Source: Rhynchopus sp. YZ270_cl-10
Taxonomy: Eukaryota
Length of the DNA stretch: 64,000 nt
NCBI GenBank assembly: GCA_964035575.1
Contig: OZ037839.1
Coordinates: forward strand, 372,001 to 436,000
Direction: 5' to 3'
The position numbers were made by a program, and so were the translations under genes. Under the pieces are notes generated by a model. That model had not been told where the DNA came from. It did no database searches and saw only the letters and a program-made list of their open reading frames with translations. Below are positions 1 to 12,089 of this stretch, piece by piece; the stretch's first letter is position 1, and each line of letters begins with the position of its first letter.

Positions 1-974
1 GTTGCGGAGTCGGCGTTCCGTTGAGGTGGTGTGGCTCCAAAGGAGAGCTGTTCGCCGTCCTTCTGCACATCGTTCGCGTAGGTCCACATCCCGGGGCTTG
101 ACTGCGCGAAACGTTCGTACCGTGCAACGTCGTTGTCAATGCTAGGTGTGGCCACACCCGGTGGTGGCGTTGCACTGTGTGTCGGGGAGAGGCTCTGCAC
201 AGCCTGCGCGAAGGCTCCGTTCGGCAGCAACGCAAGCGGGTTGTTGTGCTCTGTGGTTGCTACTGCAGACACCCCATGCGGCGGTGTCGGGGGAGGCGTC
301 AACCAGGTCACATGGCTCAGTGTTGGCGACGTCTTCTTCACCGGCACATCACCCCCTTCCTTGACCTCCTTGACCTTCTCCCCCACATCGTCCTTCTCCA
401 CATCCGTTTGCACCACACTGTCCACTGTCTTCACGACATGCACATTCTTTTTCACATCACCATTTGATAACGGCGGTGGCGGGGGCGGCGGCGGCGGCGG
501 TGGTGGTGGTGGAGGCCTCACCCTCCCCTTCGCCCCTTCCTGCACAGCATTCTGCGTACCCTGCTTCAACGCCCACTGCGGGAGAGGCGGTGGGGGTGGC
601 GGCCTCTTCACAACCCGCGGAGGGGGTTCTTGCACCTCCCACACCGGCTCTCTTGTGGAAGCATTCTGCGGCCACACACCATGCATGCTACGTGGTGAGT
701 CTGAAGCTGACCCCAGGGTGCTCACAGGGCGAGAGGAGGTGCTGATCTGGTCCGGCTGGTGGTGCCTGCGTGGAGAGTGGGGAGGGTGGCGCGCACCCCT
801 CTTCGGCTTGCGCTGCTTCTGCGGTGTGAGGGGCAGACCCGGATCACCCCCACGCGCATTGCGCATCAACGTCGCAAGAGTGTCAGCGTACAATGCGTCA
901 TCTGCATCCACATCAAAGGCAGGGTTTGTCAACATAGCGTTCATCTGATGATGAACACCTTGTGGGACGGACAT
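1..974 (-). CDS. Proline-rich hypothetical protein, 3'-partial (runs off window start)
   Basis: Manual minus-strand translation from ATG at 974 (MSVPQGVHHQMNAMLTNPAF...RPPPPPPPPPPPPPPLSNGD...) stays open to base 1. The plus-strand Gly-rich ORF 133..948 is its antisense shadow. Confidence 0.65.
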   Translation of the reverse strand, partial: MSVPQGVHHQMNAMLTNPAFDVDADDALYADTLATLMRNARGGDPGLPLTPQKQRKPKRGARHPPHSPRRHHQPDQISTSSRPVSTLGSASDSPRSMHGVWPQNASTREPVWEVQEPPPRVVKRPPPPPPLPQWALKQGTQNAVQEGAKGRVRPPPPPPPPPPPPPPPLSNGDVKKNVHVVKTVDSVVQTDVEKDDVGEKVKEVKEGGDVPVKKTSPTLSHVTWLTPPPTPPHGVSAVATTEHNNPLALLPNGAFAQAVQSLSPTHSATPPPGVATPSIDNDVARYERFAQSSPGMWTYANDVQKDGEQLSFGATPPQRNADSA

Positions 975-1884
975 CTCCGGTGTGTTCCTTCCCCCTCGCT
1001 ATCGCTATCGCATGAGTCTTACGTAGGGGAGAGCGTGGAGTAGTGTTCTGTGAGGGGGTAGAAGGGGGTGGTGTGGGGTGCTAAGGTACGTATTGTTTCG
1101 TATTAATACGAATATGTGGGGGGGGTAAGGTCACGTATTTTAGAACACTGGGGGTGGGGTGAAGTGATGCCTGGTATGGAATTGGTCCCCAACGGCCCCA
1201 ACATAGCACTGCATCGCACCCCTCCCTTTCGACAGCCAGTAATTCTTTGCGCAGAATAATGGCTTAAAGAAAACAACCGTGGCAAGACTCGAACCTACAA
1301 CCGCCTGATGGTCATATACTCAACGGTTTAAAATGGTGCTTGTAAGTAGGGGGGGGGTCAAAGGCAAAGGACAGAATCAGCTGTGTTGTTGATACACAAA
1401 AGGTGCATTGCTAAAGCAGAAGGACAATAAACAAAACCTACATTCGAACTTTTTCTGCAAAAGTGATTTTCATGGGAGTGCATCCCAATCGGACAAAACT
1501 CAGGGCAGTGTAAAAACCCCCCCGTTCATATTTTTGTTTGGTACGCTACGTTAGTTGGTTGCACGATCAGCCAGGGCGTTATGGGGTTAGGTGTGGCATT
1601 TTATTCTTGATGTGCAAATAAATAAAAGAACATTTCTACCCAGAAATGGATCTCAAAAAAAAAGGGAAAAAAACCCTTTGCCTGAAGTACAGAAATGAAG
1701 TGAGTGCACAATAGAAGGGGCAGGGGAATAAATAAAAAGTCTCAGACATTTGCAAGTGAATGACAAGTGGTTCGTTTGGTATTCCACTGGTCACCTGCCA
1801 GCTAGGCCGTCGTGTGTCAAAGCAAAGTCGTTCCGTGGTATATTATTGTGTACATTCAGGAGAACAGCGAGTGTGTGATCAGAT

Positions 1885-2982
1885 TTAAGTTAGATGTGAA
1901 ATGTCAATGATCTCGACACTCTCACCTCCGTACATCACCACATCACCACAGCTGCTGATTGCAAGACCGTAAGTGCGATTACGAAAGTCACGATGCAAGA
2001 GCTTCTCGGACGTTGCGAAAGACCATACGCTCAACACCCTAGAAGAGTAGGCAGCAACAATGTCGTTGGACACAGCAACATCGGTCCAGTTCACGCCTTC
2101 TTCTGAGACGTCTTCAAATACACATTCGCCTGTTTCAGTGTTCCAGACACGCACGCAGGTGATGTGGTAGCACACTGCAATGAAACGCTGGTTTGGTGAC
2201 AGTGCCACATATTCCACGCCAGAAGGGCCTGTCAAAACAAACACCTCTGCTCCTGTGCTGTAGTCCCAGAGGCTGAGTCGTTCGCTGCCGCTCTCACACA
2301 TTGCCACTAAGTCACCTGCCACAACCATGACACAGGTGCCCCCTACAATATGGCCCCATTCATGCACAACAACACCTGTTGCAATGTCCCACACCTGCAA
2401 GCCCTTGTGCACGCACCACGACAGCAGTTTTGTTCCGCAGGGCGACCATGCTGTTGTCTTCCTCTCATCACTTCCATCTCCAAACGAGTGCTCCAAAGCA
2501 CCTGTTTTCACATGATGAATTTCAGCACACTGCGAGTCCTTGTTGACGGATGAGATCCACTCACTGCACGGTGAGAAGGCTGGGGTATATTCAACATCAT
2601 ACTCGCAAGGGAAGTGGCACAGACGCTCATGTGTTTCCGTGTCGAAGATCGCCACACCGTTCTCGTTTTGCATGACTGCAAGGTACCTATCACACGGGGA
2701 AAGTGTAAGCGAGTACGTCTCCTCCGTACGTGGTATCACCCCAGGAGTGATGTTGGCACCAGTGCAGTACAGCTCAACGGCACATCCCTCATCCATCTCC
2801 GTGTCGCAGATGCGCAAGTCGTCGTTGCCGATGTCGCCACCGCCTTTCATCCGCACACCAACACGCCGAGCACGTGGCACGCCAAGCTCCGCAACAAGCT
2901 TCCCCTTCACCTGTGCAAGCGTGTCGCTCCTGTCCACTTCTATCACACAGCTTGCAGACTCGAAGTGTCCTGTGATGTCCAT
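1885..2982 (-). CDS. Ubiquitin-like domain + WD40 beta-propeller protein (copy 1, intact)
   Basis: Likely start MDITGHFESA (2982). The N-terminal ~75 aa look like a beta-grasp (IEVDRSDTLAQVKGKL...DEGCAVELY), followed by WD-type repeats (LSPCDRYLA, FSPCSEWI, WSPCGTKL, LQVWD, LSLWD, VRVWN). Confidence 0.8.
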   Translation of the reverse strand: MDITGHFESASCVIEVDRSDTLAQVKGKLVAELGVPRARRVGVRMKGGGDIGNDDLRICDTEMDEGCAVELYCTGANITPGVIPRTEETYSLTLSPCDRYLAVMQNENGVAIFDTETHERLCHFPCEYDVEYTPAFSPCSEWISSVNKDSQCAEIHHVKTGALEHSFGDGSDERKTTAWSPCGTKLLSWCVHKGLQVWDIATGVVVHEWGHIVGGTCVMVVAGDLVAMCESGSERLSLWDYSTGAEVFVLTGPSGVEYVALSPNQRFIAVCYHITCVRVWNTETGECVFEDVSEEGVNWTDVAVSNDIVAAYSSRVLSVWSFATSEKLLHRDFRNRTYGLAISSCGDVVMYGGESVEIIDISHLT

Positions 2983-5900
2983 GTTCAGGGGGGGGTAACT
3001 CTGTTCTGTGGGGACAGGTGTGTGGGGAAGGTAGACAGAAGAGGTGCGGTGGTGTTTGTGAAGGAAACGAGACATGTTGCCATTTGCAAGAGAGATAACT
3101 CCCCGCCCAGAGGCACTCCCACCTTCCCTTCCCATGGGGCGAGTTGTGCTTCGCCTGTAGAAAGGCTTTGGTCCAGGTCTGACCGTGGTCCTGCTGCTGT
3201 CGAACTGAAACCCTCAACCATGTTACGGCGGAGCAAGGCAATGGCTGCATTCCTCGGAATGGGGGTGCCCCATCCTATTGTTTAAAAACCGTTTATCAGG
3301 TCGAGAGGGGAAAGTACTAAAATAGAGAGAGGAAAATGGGGCAGCTAGTAACCTTCTTGTTTTGTTTCAGTTGTATCGTCGTTATCACCCATCACCCCCC
3401 CACCGAGGTGAGGGCTGTACTTAAGTTTTTCTTTTTTTTTTTGTCCAGTCCTGTTCTCTCTTGCTCTGCTGAGGAGTGCAGCTGTGCGTCTAAGGACCAA
3501 TCCCTTTTTAGGGGTACTGTTTTATTGAGTGAAAGACACGCACTCTCAAATCGAACCGAACGTACCCCCGAAAGAGGGTAAATCTTAACGTACACTCTCT
3601 GTTGATTCTAAAACGGGGGAGGGTAAAAAAGGCGTGAAAGGTAAATTGGGGAAGAGGTTGAAAAGTTGGAACGCTTCCTCACCCCAGATCACACTCCAAT
3701 ACAAAGGTTTGGGTTTGAATAGGGTGGGTTCTTCTGACGATGAAACCTACTCCCTTCTAAACTTTTTTTTTTTTTTTTTTTTTTTTGAAAAATAAATAAA
3801 ACTCCTCTCGAAATTGTTCAAGATTGAACTGAGAGAAAGAAGAAACCCCAAACCCTCCCAGACCAAACGGTCTAACCTGTTGTATTGACATAGTGTGGGG
3901 GAGAATGAGGAGCACAAGAATCGTCTTCGCGCATACTAAAAGATTTCCTACGATATGTCACAAGTGTAATGTCACCGAAAAAAAAAAAGTTTGAGTTGAA
4001 AATACAAAATCCCTCTCATGACAGTGTACCTTGGTAACAATATGACCACGCTGTACGGGTGGACGCTCAACAAAAAAATCTTGCTTTTTGGACCCAGACC
4101 AACCCCCTTCACATCGCACCCCATTGACCCTTACGCTACGTTCGCCTGCTCGGGCAGTGGGTGTTCCCTTTTTTTGCCTTTTTTACACCCAGCCGGGTTT
4201 CTTATGTTAAGTCTGAAGTAATCATTTTCTCCTGCCAGAATGAACGTCTCGTAACTATCCCAGATTGTATTTTCAAAAAATAAAACAAAAGACCCTTTAG
4301 GTAGACAACAGTAACCTAGTTGAATGTATTTACCCCTTTTTTTTTGAAAACTTGGTTGATTTAGTGCAGACACCCAAAGATGAACTTCACTATACCCCTT
4401 TTTATTTGTTCTTCATACAATGCAACGAGGCTGAATCGGCCTCGCTAAGGCCGGCCCAGGCGTGGCTGAGACGTGACGGTAAGTATTAGCACGCCTCAAG
4501 CCACGCCTTAGATAGATTGTCCAGACAGGCCTATTTTCAGGGCGTAGTCGGCCTCGCTGCATTGCAAGGTTATATAAGTGTGCCCCACATATTTTTTCTT
4601 CGCTTTTTTTGTTCTGCATTCAAAAAAAAAATCCCTTCTTTTCCCATCTTCTAAATCTTCTTACATCTTAATGTCAGTCACTATCCGTAAACTTCACAGT
4701 ATTTAATAAAAACCCCATTTTTGGGTAGGGGCTAGGATCCCTACCCATACACGGTGGAGTCTACCCGGGGGGGAGTTACTCTTTGGGGGGGACTTAAAGG
4801 GGGACTCAAAGAGTCCCCCTAGGGGGACTATAGAGTCCCCCTAGGGGGACTATGTAGTCCACCTAGGGGGACTATAGTCCCCCTAGGTGGACTCTTTTGG
4901 TGGGTTCTTGTGGGTTGTGGGGGCTGGTGCTGACAGGTATGTACACACCAGGGGGGTGGTGAGGGTCCCAGATGGGGCCCAGGGAGGTAAAAGGTCATGT
5001 TATGCGTATCATTGCACAGTTTATACAGTGCAAACTGTTGTTTGTCATTAGATGCGATACAATGACAGAGTCTTGTTGCTTATTTCCTTTCAGTCCTCAG
5101 TTGTTAACGCCTGATGTGGTTTGCATGTTTGAAATGTATAGCTATGAGAGCAGCTGCGCACGGGAGACGTGCCGAGAGAAGGAGCCGTCGCCATACTGGA
5201 TAAGGCGACGGTCTACAACCATCCAGACCCACCCCAACTCCAGGGATGGACCCTCGGTCGCTGTCGTGATGATGGAGTCCCTCTACGGCAGCAGCCCCTC
5301 CTGGGCCAGCACCTTCATCATGTGCGCCAGGCAGGCACCTACATCGCCATATATACAGTCGCTCTCCGCACTCCACTCCAACATACTCAGGTCGATGCAC
5401 CTGGGTGCTACACCACAGATGATGCGAGCGGTGTTAAAGGACGCTAGCGACCACCCCGCCTGGCAGAAGACCCCCGAGAAGACCGCACGCAAATGGCTTG
5501 CGAAAGCACATCGTGGATACCTCCGTGACTGCAGCACGCGATTGCAAGAACACCCGCCTGCTGACGCGACTGCTCGTGGAGGTGCACCCCGACACCGACC
5601 TCCGTCGCGTATCGGGCATCGACGGCGTGCTGAGGATGAGGCCGCAGGCAAGCCTCACGCGAGAGGGTGGTGTGGCTGAAGCCGGAGCACAGCCTCAAGG
5701 CTCGTGAAGCAGCATTGCTGCATCACGGGAGGGTGATGATCGCCTCACCCAAATATTTTGGGCTTGTCGTACGCCCCGTCCAGGAACGCAGCGCATGCGC
5801 CGCCAGAAGTCGCTCCTCATGCGGGCCCAAAGACCACCCAACCGCGGACTTTGTCGCCGCACTCAACAACAGCGGCCTCGCGTGCGCAACGCAGACCGTG

Positions 5901-6389
5901 CCGAGCACTGGGAAGACCTGGTGCGTTAAGTTAACATCATGACACCCGTCCCCAAAGACGCATGTGTCATCAAGGGAAGCCGGTGATGGCTTGCCAGGCC
6001 CAGCCTGGTCACCGATTCAGAAGCAGGAAGAGGGCGGGCCCGGCCACACCCGACAGCGCCAAGCCTGAGGCGAAACGGCAATGCAAGCCGAAAAAAAGGG
6101 GCAAAAGAAATAGTAGGATCGGTAGGTAAGTAAAGTTGCTTCGTTGATTGCACAAACAAAATAGCAGCAACACGACCACTGCAGCCGAGGGAGAGGAGTC
6201 GAGGGAGGAGCTGCAGAGGCAGAACCTCGACCTTCTGCGACAGCTGGTGGAACTGAAGCAGCAGATAGCGTGACGGCACAGCTCACCGTCACCACCAACC
6301 AAGACACTGCGATGACAGCAAAGACCCCTTCTCAAGAGTTCTCTGCCACCTCCACAACTGGGATACACTCCACGCTCCCTAACCCCGGA

Positions 6390-7330
6390 CCCAAACCCCT
6401 CAAGTGTCTCTCCGACAACATCAACGGATTGACACAAGCGACACGAGCAGAAGCTGACGTGCCGTCTGCAGGACACGGCGTTTGATGCAGGGGTGCAGGT
6501 TGTGCTTGCCCGCCGCTTTGCCGACATCAAGTGTCCTGCTCAGTACAGTGTAACGCATACGGGAGACAACGGGTCACTGTCGCGTTGTGGAACGCTCTGC
6601 ATCTATAGTAGCAGGCGTGGGCATGTTGGCGGCTTCGACACAGAAACCTACGAGCCTGTCTTCTCATTTGATTGATGCGGACAATTATGTGTACGGTGCG
6701 CCTGCCATCTCTCAGTGCAAGACACGCTGCTACCTGCCTTGTGGGGATTGCCTTCTCAAGGTTGCACTTCCGGGTGGGGAGGTGGTCCGCAAAGTCGACT
6801 GCGCTTCGTGGACCTTTTTCTCCTGTGGCAGTGTTGTTGTCTCGTATGGCAAAGACGGCGTCTCTGTGTATGACGAAGACCTGACGTTGCTCTGCTCTCT
6901 CTCGCACGAAGAGTGTGTTACTCTACTGCTCGCCCAAAAAGAGTACGACGTTGTCTGCCTTAAGGAACTCAAAGCGAGCCAGACAGGCGACATTGGCTTC
7001 GACGTATACATTATGTATGATACAAACGCATGCGTATCCAAAAGCGTGCGAAGGGGGCGACGGCATCGGGAGGCGGCATCGCGATCTACGTCCGCACCAC
7101 ACGCACATACAAACACATCTTCACTTCTCCAGAGAGCAGCGTGACGGAGAGACTCTCCTTCGAAGTGGAAGGTGTGCGATTCTGCAATATGCACAGGCCA
7201 AGTGCGGCAGGCCTGCACAAAAATGACACACTACGTGCCGATGGCAACGTTTCAGAACTGCCCACACAAGGGAAGGTGGTGGTTGCGGGGACGTGAACGC
7301 GCACCACCGATCCTGGGCACACTGCACTAC
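6390..7330 (+). pseudogene. Degenerate APE endonuclease of a non-LTR retrotransposon, carried inside the TIR element
   Basis: APE motifs occur in order across shifting frames: LSDNINGL (~6410), YDVVCLKE (~6950), GGGIAIYVR (~7075) and G-DVNAHHRSW (~7290). Confidence 0.7.
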
Positions 7331-8016
7331 AAGACGCTATGCCACTGCACAAAAAAGGGAAAGACATGACTGACCCTCGTCGTACCGCCCGATCTCCCTT
7401 ACCGGCAGTGTGTCGAAGGTGATGGAGAAACTGGTGAGGCGACGCATGCACCAACTGATGAGCCAGCCAGACTCTTCAGTGAACAACCTCCACTCAGCTT
7501 AGGACGAGCCACCCTCGTGCTCCACCGGAAGGCAGCAAAGGTGATCACCGGTGCGACTACATGTCGCACGGTCAGGACGTGTTGTGAGGCACCGCAGACC
7601 ACAGCGTACCACCAACGACTACGAGAAGTTTGTAGGACTGCCCGGATCGCTTGGGCATGCTGTGTTTAACAAACTAAACCAGGCATTTTCATAGTTCATG
7701 AAATGCTAGAGACATACATCTTAGGTACGTACGTAATACGAGGCAAATAGGTAGCAAAAATAATAAAATACATAGTGAACTGAGGACTGAAAGGAAATAA
7801 GCAACAAGAATCTGTCATTGTATCGCATCTAATGACAAACAACAGTTTGCACTGTATAAACTGTGCAATGATATGCATAACATGACCTTTTACCTCCCTG
7901 GGCCCCATCTGGGACCCTCACCACCCCCCTGGTGTGTACATACCTGTCAGCACCAGCCCCCACAACCCACAAGAACCCACCAAAAGAGTCCACCTAGGGG
8001 GACTATAGTCCCCCTA

Positions 8017-8235
8017 GGCATAGTGTGCAGACGAACATTTTTGGTTCGTCGACGAACAAAATGTTCGTCGGTTTTGTTCGTCGATGTTCGTCGACGAACA
8101 TCGACGAACATCGACGAACAGGTCCCTGCCACAAGGGCAACCCACGACGAACAACGACGAACATCGACGAACAAAAATTTTTTTTCCCCCCACGACGAAC
8201 ATCGACGAACATTTTGTTCGTCTGCACACTATGCC
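8017..8235. mobile_element. 219-bp MITE nested in the right TIR, inserted at CCTAGG
   Basis: TIRs are GGCATAGTGTGCAGACGAACA / TGTTCGTCTGCACACTATGCC. The element is absent from the matching left TIR and has internal ACGAACATCG repeats. Confidence 0.9.
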
Positions 8236-8435
8236 TAGGTGGACTACATAGTCCCCCTAGGGGGACTATGGAGTCCCCCTAATCCGACACCCCAAAAGAG
8301 TAACTCCCCCCGGGTAGACTCCACCACGTGTACCCATTTGCACTTTTTTTTCCTGCTTTGACGCCTTTCTCTTTGTTTTCTTCAGAGATGACACCTCAGA
8401 CCTTTCTTCTTCGTCTCCTCGCTTTCCGTTGGTGG

Positions 8436-10523
8436 TCACTTCTCCTTCTTCGCCAAGTCGTTCACGAAGACCAGCTCCTCGGCGACTTCCTTCAGGTAGT
8501 CAAACCTCCCCGATGCCCCACCGTGACCTGCATCCATGTTGGTTTTGAGCACCACCAAGCTCTTTGTGCTTTGCCTATCACGCACACGGGCGACAAACTT
8601 CGAGGCCTCCCAGTACCCAACCCTCGGGTCGTTCAGGCCGGAGGTAAAGAAGAGGTGGGGCACCTTGCAGTCTTGCTTGATATTGTCGTACGGGGAGTAG
8701 GACTTCATGTACTTGAAGTATTCTGGGTCTTCAGGGTTGCCCCATTCCTTCCATTCACCGGGCGTGAGGGGGAGGTCCTTGTCGAGCATGACCTGCAGCA
8801 CATCGACGAAGGGTACGTACGAGATGATGCCTTTGTAGAGCTCGGGGCGTTCGTTTTGGCATACGCCCATCAGCATGCCTCCAGCAGACCCGCCGCGGAT
8901 GATGATCTCGCCTTGCGAAGTGAATTTTTGTGCAATAAGCTCGTCAGCGCACGCCATGAAGTCATTGAAGGTCCTGCGTTTGTTCAAAAACTTTGCCGTC
9001 TCGTACCATTCGTTGCCTAAGTCAGAGCCTCCACGGATGTGCCCAATCGCATAGACCATGCCAAGGTTTGCAATCGACACCGCCGTGCTGAAAAACCCCG
9101 GCTCAGAGGAGATTCCATACGACCCATAGCCCTTCAGATAGCAGGTCGCGCTGCCATCCAGCTTTGTGTCCTTGCGGTGCAGGATCGAGATGGGTACCTC
9201 CACACCGTCGGTCTTTGCGTAGATGCGGGCAACCGTGTATTCATCTGGGTTAAACCCTGAGGGGATTTCACGAACCTTCAGAACCTTCATGGAAGCATCG
9301 TCGAAATTGTAAGAGTACACTGTGGAAGGGCGGGCCAGAGAGGCGTACGACACGCGAATGTCGTCCAACTCAGCGTTCGTTGAGTAGAGAGATGCGGTGT
9401 ACGAAATGTCCGGAAAGTCCATGCGTTTCTCAGCCTTGCTCTTCAGGTGGTGAATGACCAGCTCGGGGAGACCTGCGTTGTTGTAGGACAGAAGCATGTA
9501 GTTGTCGGTCACATCCATGCTCTCAAGGCATTTTTTGTCATCTTCAGCACGGTACTGCTTCCACGAGGTCGCAATGTCAAACCCCTCTGATTCTGCCCTA
9601 ATGACCTTAAAATTCTTTGCATCATCAGCATTGGTGCTTGCATAGAAGGCACCATCAGTGTGGTCAAGGTTCGGCTTGATTGGGTCCTCTCTTTTCAAGA
9701 GAAGCTGCATTTTCATTTCAGGGTCCGCAAAGCTGATTGCATGAAACTCTGACGTAGCGTGCCCAGAAACCTCGACAATAAGGTATTCCTTCGAGGAGGA
9801 CCGACCGGCGGAGAGGCTGAACAGAGTATCCTCTTCGAAGTAGATTTTCTTGTCCTCAGAGATTGGTGTGCCGAGCTTGTGGTAGCGGAGCTCCCTGCGG
9901 CGCCATTTTTCGTCCACCGGGAGATAGAAAAAGCCCTCGCCGTTCTTATGCCAGATTCCGGCGTTTCCGACCTTCTCGATTTTGTCTTCGCGGAGCTCAC
10001 CTGAGGCAATATCCTTGAGGTATAGGGTGTAGGTCTCCCCGCCTTCGTAATCAGCAGCGTAGGTGATGAGAGTGTCGTCCGGGGAGTATGCCGGGCTGCT
10101 TACACGGCAAAAGGATTTGCCTTCGGCAAGCTTGTTGACGTCAAGGATGACCTCTTCGGGGGCATCGGTGGAGCCACGCTTTCTGCAGTGAATTTTGTAG
10201 TCAGAAGTCTCCTCGCTTCTGTCGTAGATGAAGAATTCGCCGCGTTGGCGGTAGGTGGATTGGTCGGCCAGCTTGACCCGCCCCTTCAGTTCCTCGAAGA
10301 AACGCTCCTTCTCTGCGGCGCGGCCGTTCTCAGCCATATACTTCTCGAAGTAAGCGTTCTCAGCGTTAAGGTGCGCGATGATCTCCGGGGTGTCCGCAAC
10401 CTTCTCGGGCCACTCCTTCTCCCGCATCCAGGAGAATTCGTCGGGAATGGTCTCGCCGTGTTTGGTGTAGGTGTAGTCACATTTTCTTGCCACCGGCGCG
10501 CCCTCTGGAACGGAAATACCCAT
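8436..10523 (-). CDS. ptrB: Oligopeptidase B (peptidase S9A), copy 1, intronless, 695 aa
   Basis: Likely start MGISVPEGAPVARK. Motifs include YGSYG, HIRGGS, catalytic GGSAGG, NDPRV and DAGHGG, plus EWGNP and YSPYDN. Confidence 0.95.
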   Translation of the reverse strand: MGISVPEGAPVARKCDYTYTKHGETIPDEFSWMREKEWPEKVADTPEIIAHLNAENAYFEKYMAENGRAAEKERFFEELKGRVKLADQSTYRQRGEFFIYDRSEETSDYKIHCRKRGSTDAPEEVILDVNKLAEGKSFCRVSSPAYSPDDTLITYAADYEGGETYTLYLKDIASGELREDKIEKVGNAGIWHKNGEGFFYLPVDEKWRRRELRYHKLGTPISEDKKIYFEEDTLFSLSAGRSSSKEYLIVEVSGHATSEFHAISFADPEMKMQLLLKREDPIKPNLDHTDGAFYASTNADDAKNFKVIRAESEGFDIATSWKQYRAEDDKKCLESMDVTDNYMLLSYNNAGLPELVIHHLKSKAEKRMDFPDISYTASLYSTNAELDDIRVSYASLARPSTVYSYNFDDASMKVLKVREIPSGFNPDEYTVARIYAKTDGVEVPISILHRKDTKLDGSATCYLKGYGSYGISSEPGFFSTAVSIANLGMVYAIGHIRGGSDLGNEWYETAKFLNKRRTFNDFMACADELIAQKFTSQGEIIIRGGSAGGMLMGVCQNERPELYKGIISYVPFVDVLQVMLDKDLPLTPGEWKEWGNPEDPEYFKYMKSYSPYDNIKQDCKVPHLFFTSGLNDPRVGYWEASKFVARVRDRQSTKSLVVLKTNMDAGHGGASGRFDYLKEVAEELVFVNDLAKKEK

Positions 10524-12089
10524 CTTTTTGTGTGCCTCTGTGAGAAATGGGGGGGAGTGGAGTGGAGAGACGGGGAGAGAGAGAGAAAGAAGGTGTGTTG
10601 CCCATATCACCCGCACGCTTCCTCTCATCAGTCAGACGAAAGAAAGGGCCATTCGAGACGTATGGTTGATTAAGTCTGCGTGATGCAGGTTGTAGTGGGG
10701 TGAGGCTAAAATGGGGATTTAAAAAATGGGGAAGAAGAAAAAACGAGAGCGAGAGAGAGGGAGTTACCTGAAGAGCTGAAGCGAGGGGTGTTGGAAAGGT
10801 TGCGAGCGAAGTGACTGCAGAGTGAGAGCCGACGAGCTGAGATAATCATGATGTCTGGTTGAGGGTGGCCGTGTGGATAGAGAGAGAGAGAGAGATTCTA
10901 TTTTTCCTTCAAAACTTCACACACAACGCTTTTTGGGTTTTTGGCACAAGGTGCCAGGTTCTATGATATGCACGGAACCACCCTGCACTTGTATTCTCAG
11001 TGCACTATAGTTTCTTTGCGCACAGTGGCGACCGTTGGGTGCACTGTTGCCTCACATTTTACCCCGTTACGCCTATTATTTTTTGGCGTAGCGTTTTTAG
11101 CACAGTGTCGACTGAAGGCGGTTTGCGGTGGTGTACCCTTCTCTCATGACGGCCGCTGCTTCATCTGAGCGCAGCACAAGTCCAGCCGCAGCCTCAGCTG
11201 TATGCACAGCGCCAAAGTAGCATGTTGACGCACTAGTGCTCCTCATCGATAGTATATGTCCGCAGTGGCGACTACTCAAACGATCGGCGTCTCGCAGTAG
11301 GCACTGCCGATGACGATGTCCCCGATTATGGTCGATTTTAGTGTACCGTTTTCTAGCTCTCTACGCCCTTCCTGCTCCTACTCATCGGCCGTCATCATGC
11401 ACAGTATATTCAGCATCATCTCTCTAGACCACCGTAGTGTTCTACCCCATGAGCATGTTCTGCCGTGCCTTCCGTCCGAAGACTTCCTCTGCTAAGCAGT
11501 GCTGTCAGGCTACGGCTGTTGCGTACCCGTTTAGAACACTGAGGCCTGCGCGCAGCTTCTTAGTTGACACACAGCTACGCACTGTTGAGGATGAAGAGAG
11601 TGTTCGGTGGTCCTACAACAGTTGCTCATGCATTCGGTCGTCGCAGTACAGATGTTGTGGAGCCTGGCCTAGCGACAGGTTCCTTTGGCGAGCAAGGAAG
11701 ACGAGAACGACATAATCGAGGGTGAGGGGTTTAGTGCGCACTTCGCACTTGTTATCTATCTTACTTCTTTTCCAAGACGTATGCAGTTTGTGTGACAAAC
11801 ACGTAGGGTTGATGCTACCTCGTGCGGTGGTACCTCGTGCCCACTGTGGGGGGTTTGCTGAGTCTGACGAACCTTTGTTGAGGCGTTACGCCAACAGTGC
11901 ACTGCTTGGGTTGTTTGTTCGCCATCGCGCCTTTTCCAAGTTGTGTTGCGTTTTGTGTGTTTTTACTATTACGGTACCTTGATTCAAATGGTCCACCCCA
12001 TTTTCTCATCCATTTTACGCTATCATTTCAATGCATATGTTGAATTCTGTTTACGTTTCCAGACAGTGCAAATAGTATATTGAACTGTG

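Larger units (their letters stand above)
4750..8330. mobile_element. Non-autonomous DNA transposon with ~350-bp TIRs and TA target-site duplication
   Basis: The filled site CCCA-TA-[CACGGTGGAGTCTACCCGGG...CCCGGGTAGACTCCACCACGTG]-TA-CCCATTTG matches the empty site CCCA-TA-CCCATTTG in the duplicate near 15331. TIRs lie at 4750-5102 and 7778-8330. Confidence 0.92.

Noticed and set aside
133..948. 271-aa Gly-rich plus-strand ORF
   Set aside because: Antisense shadow of the minus-strand Pro-rich gene.
8030..8225. ACGAACATCG repeats, and the 75-bp LRR repeats elsewhere, as possible CRISPR arrays
   Set aside because: No unique spacers of constant length, no cas genes and a eukaryotic context; they are explained by the MITE interior and by coding repeats.
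11100..11800. Coding-like GC-rich stretch between the duplicated blocks
   Set aside because: Many stops in all frames and no motif I could assign; probably a decayed gene or TE.
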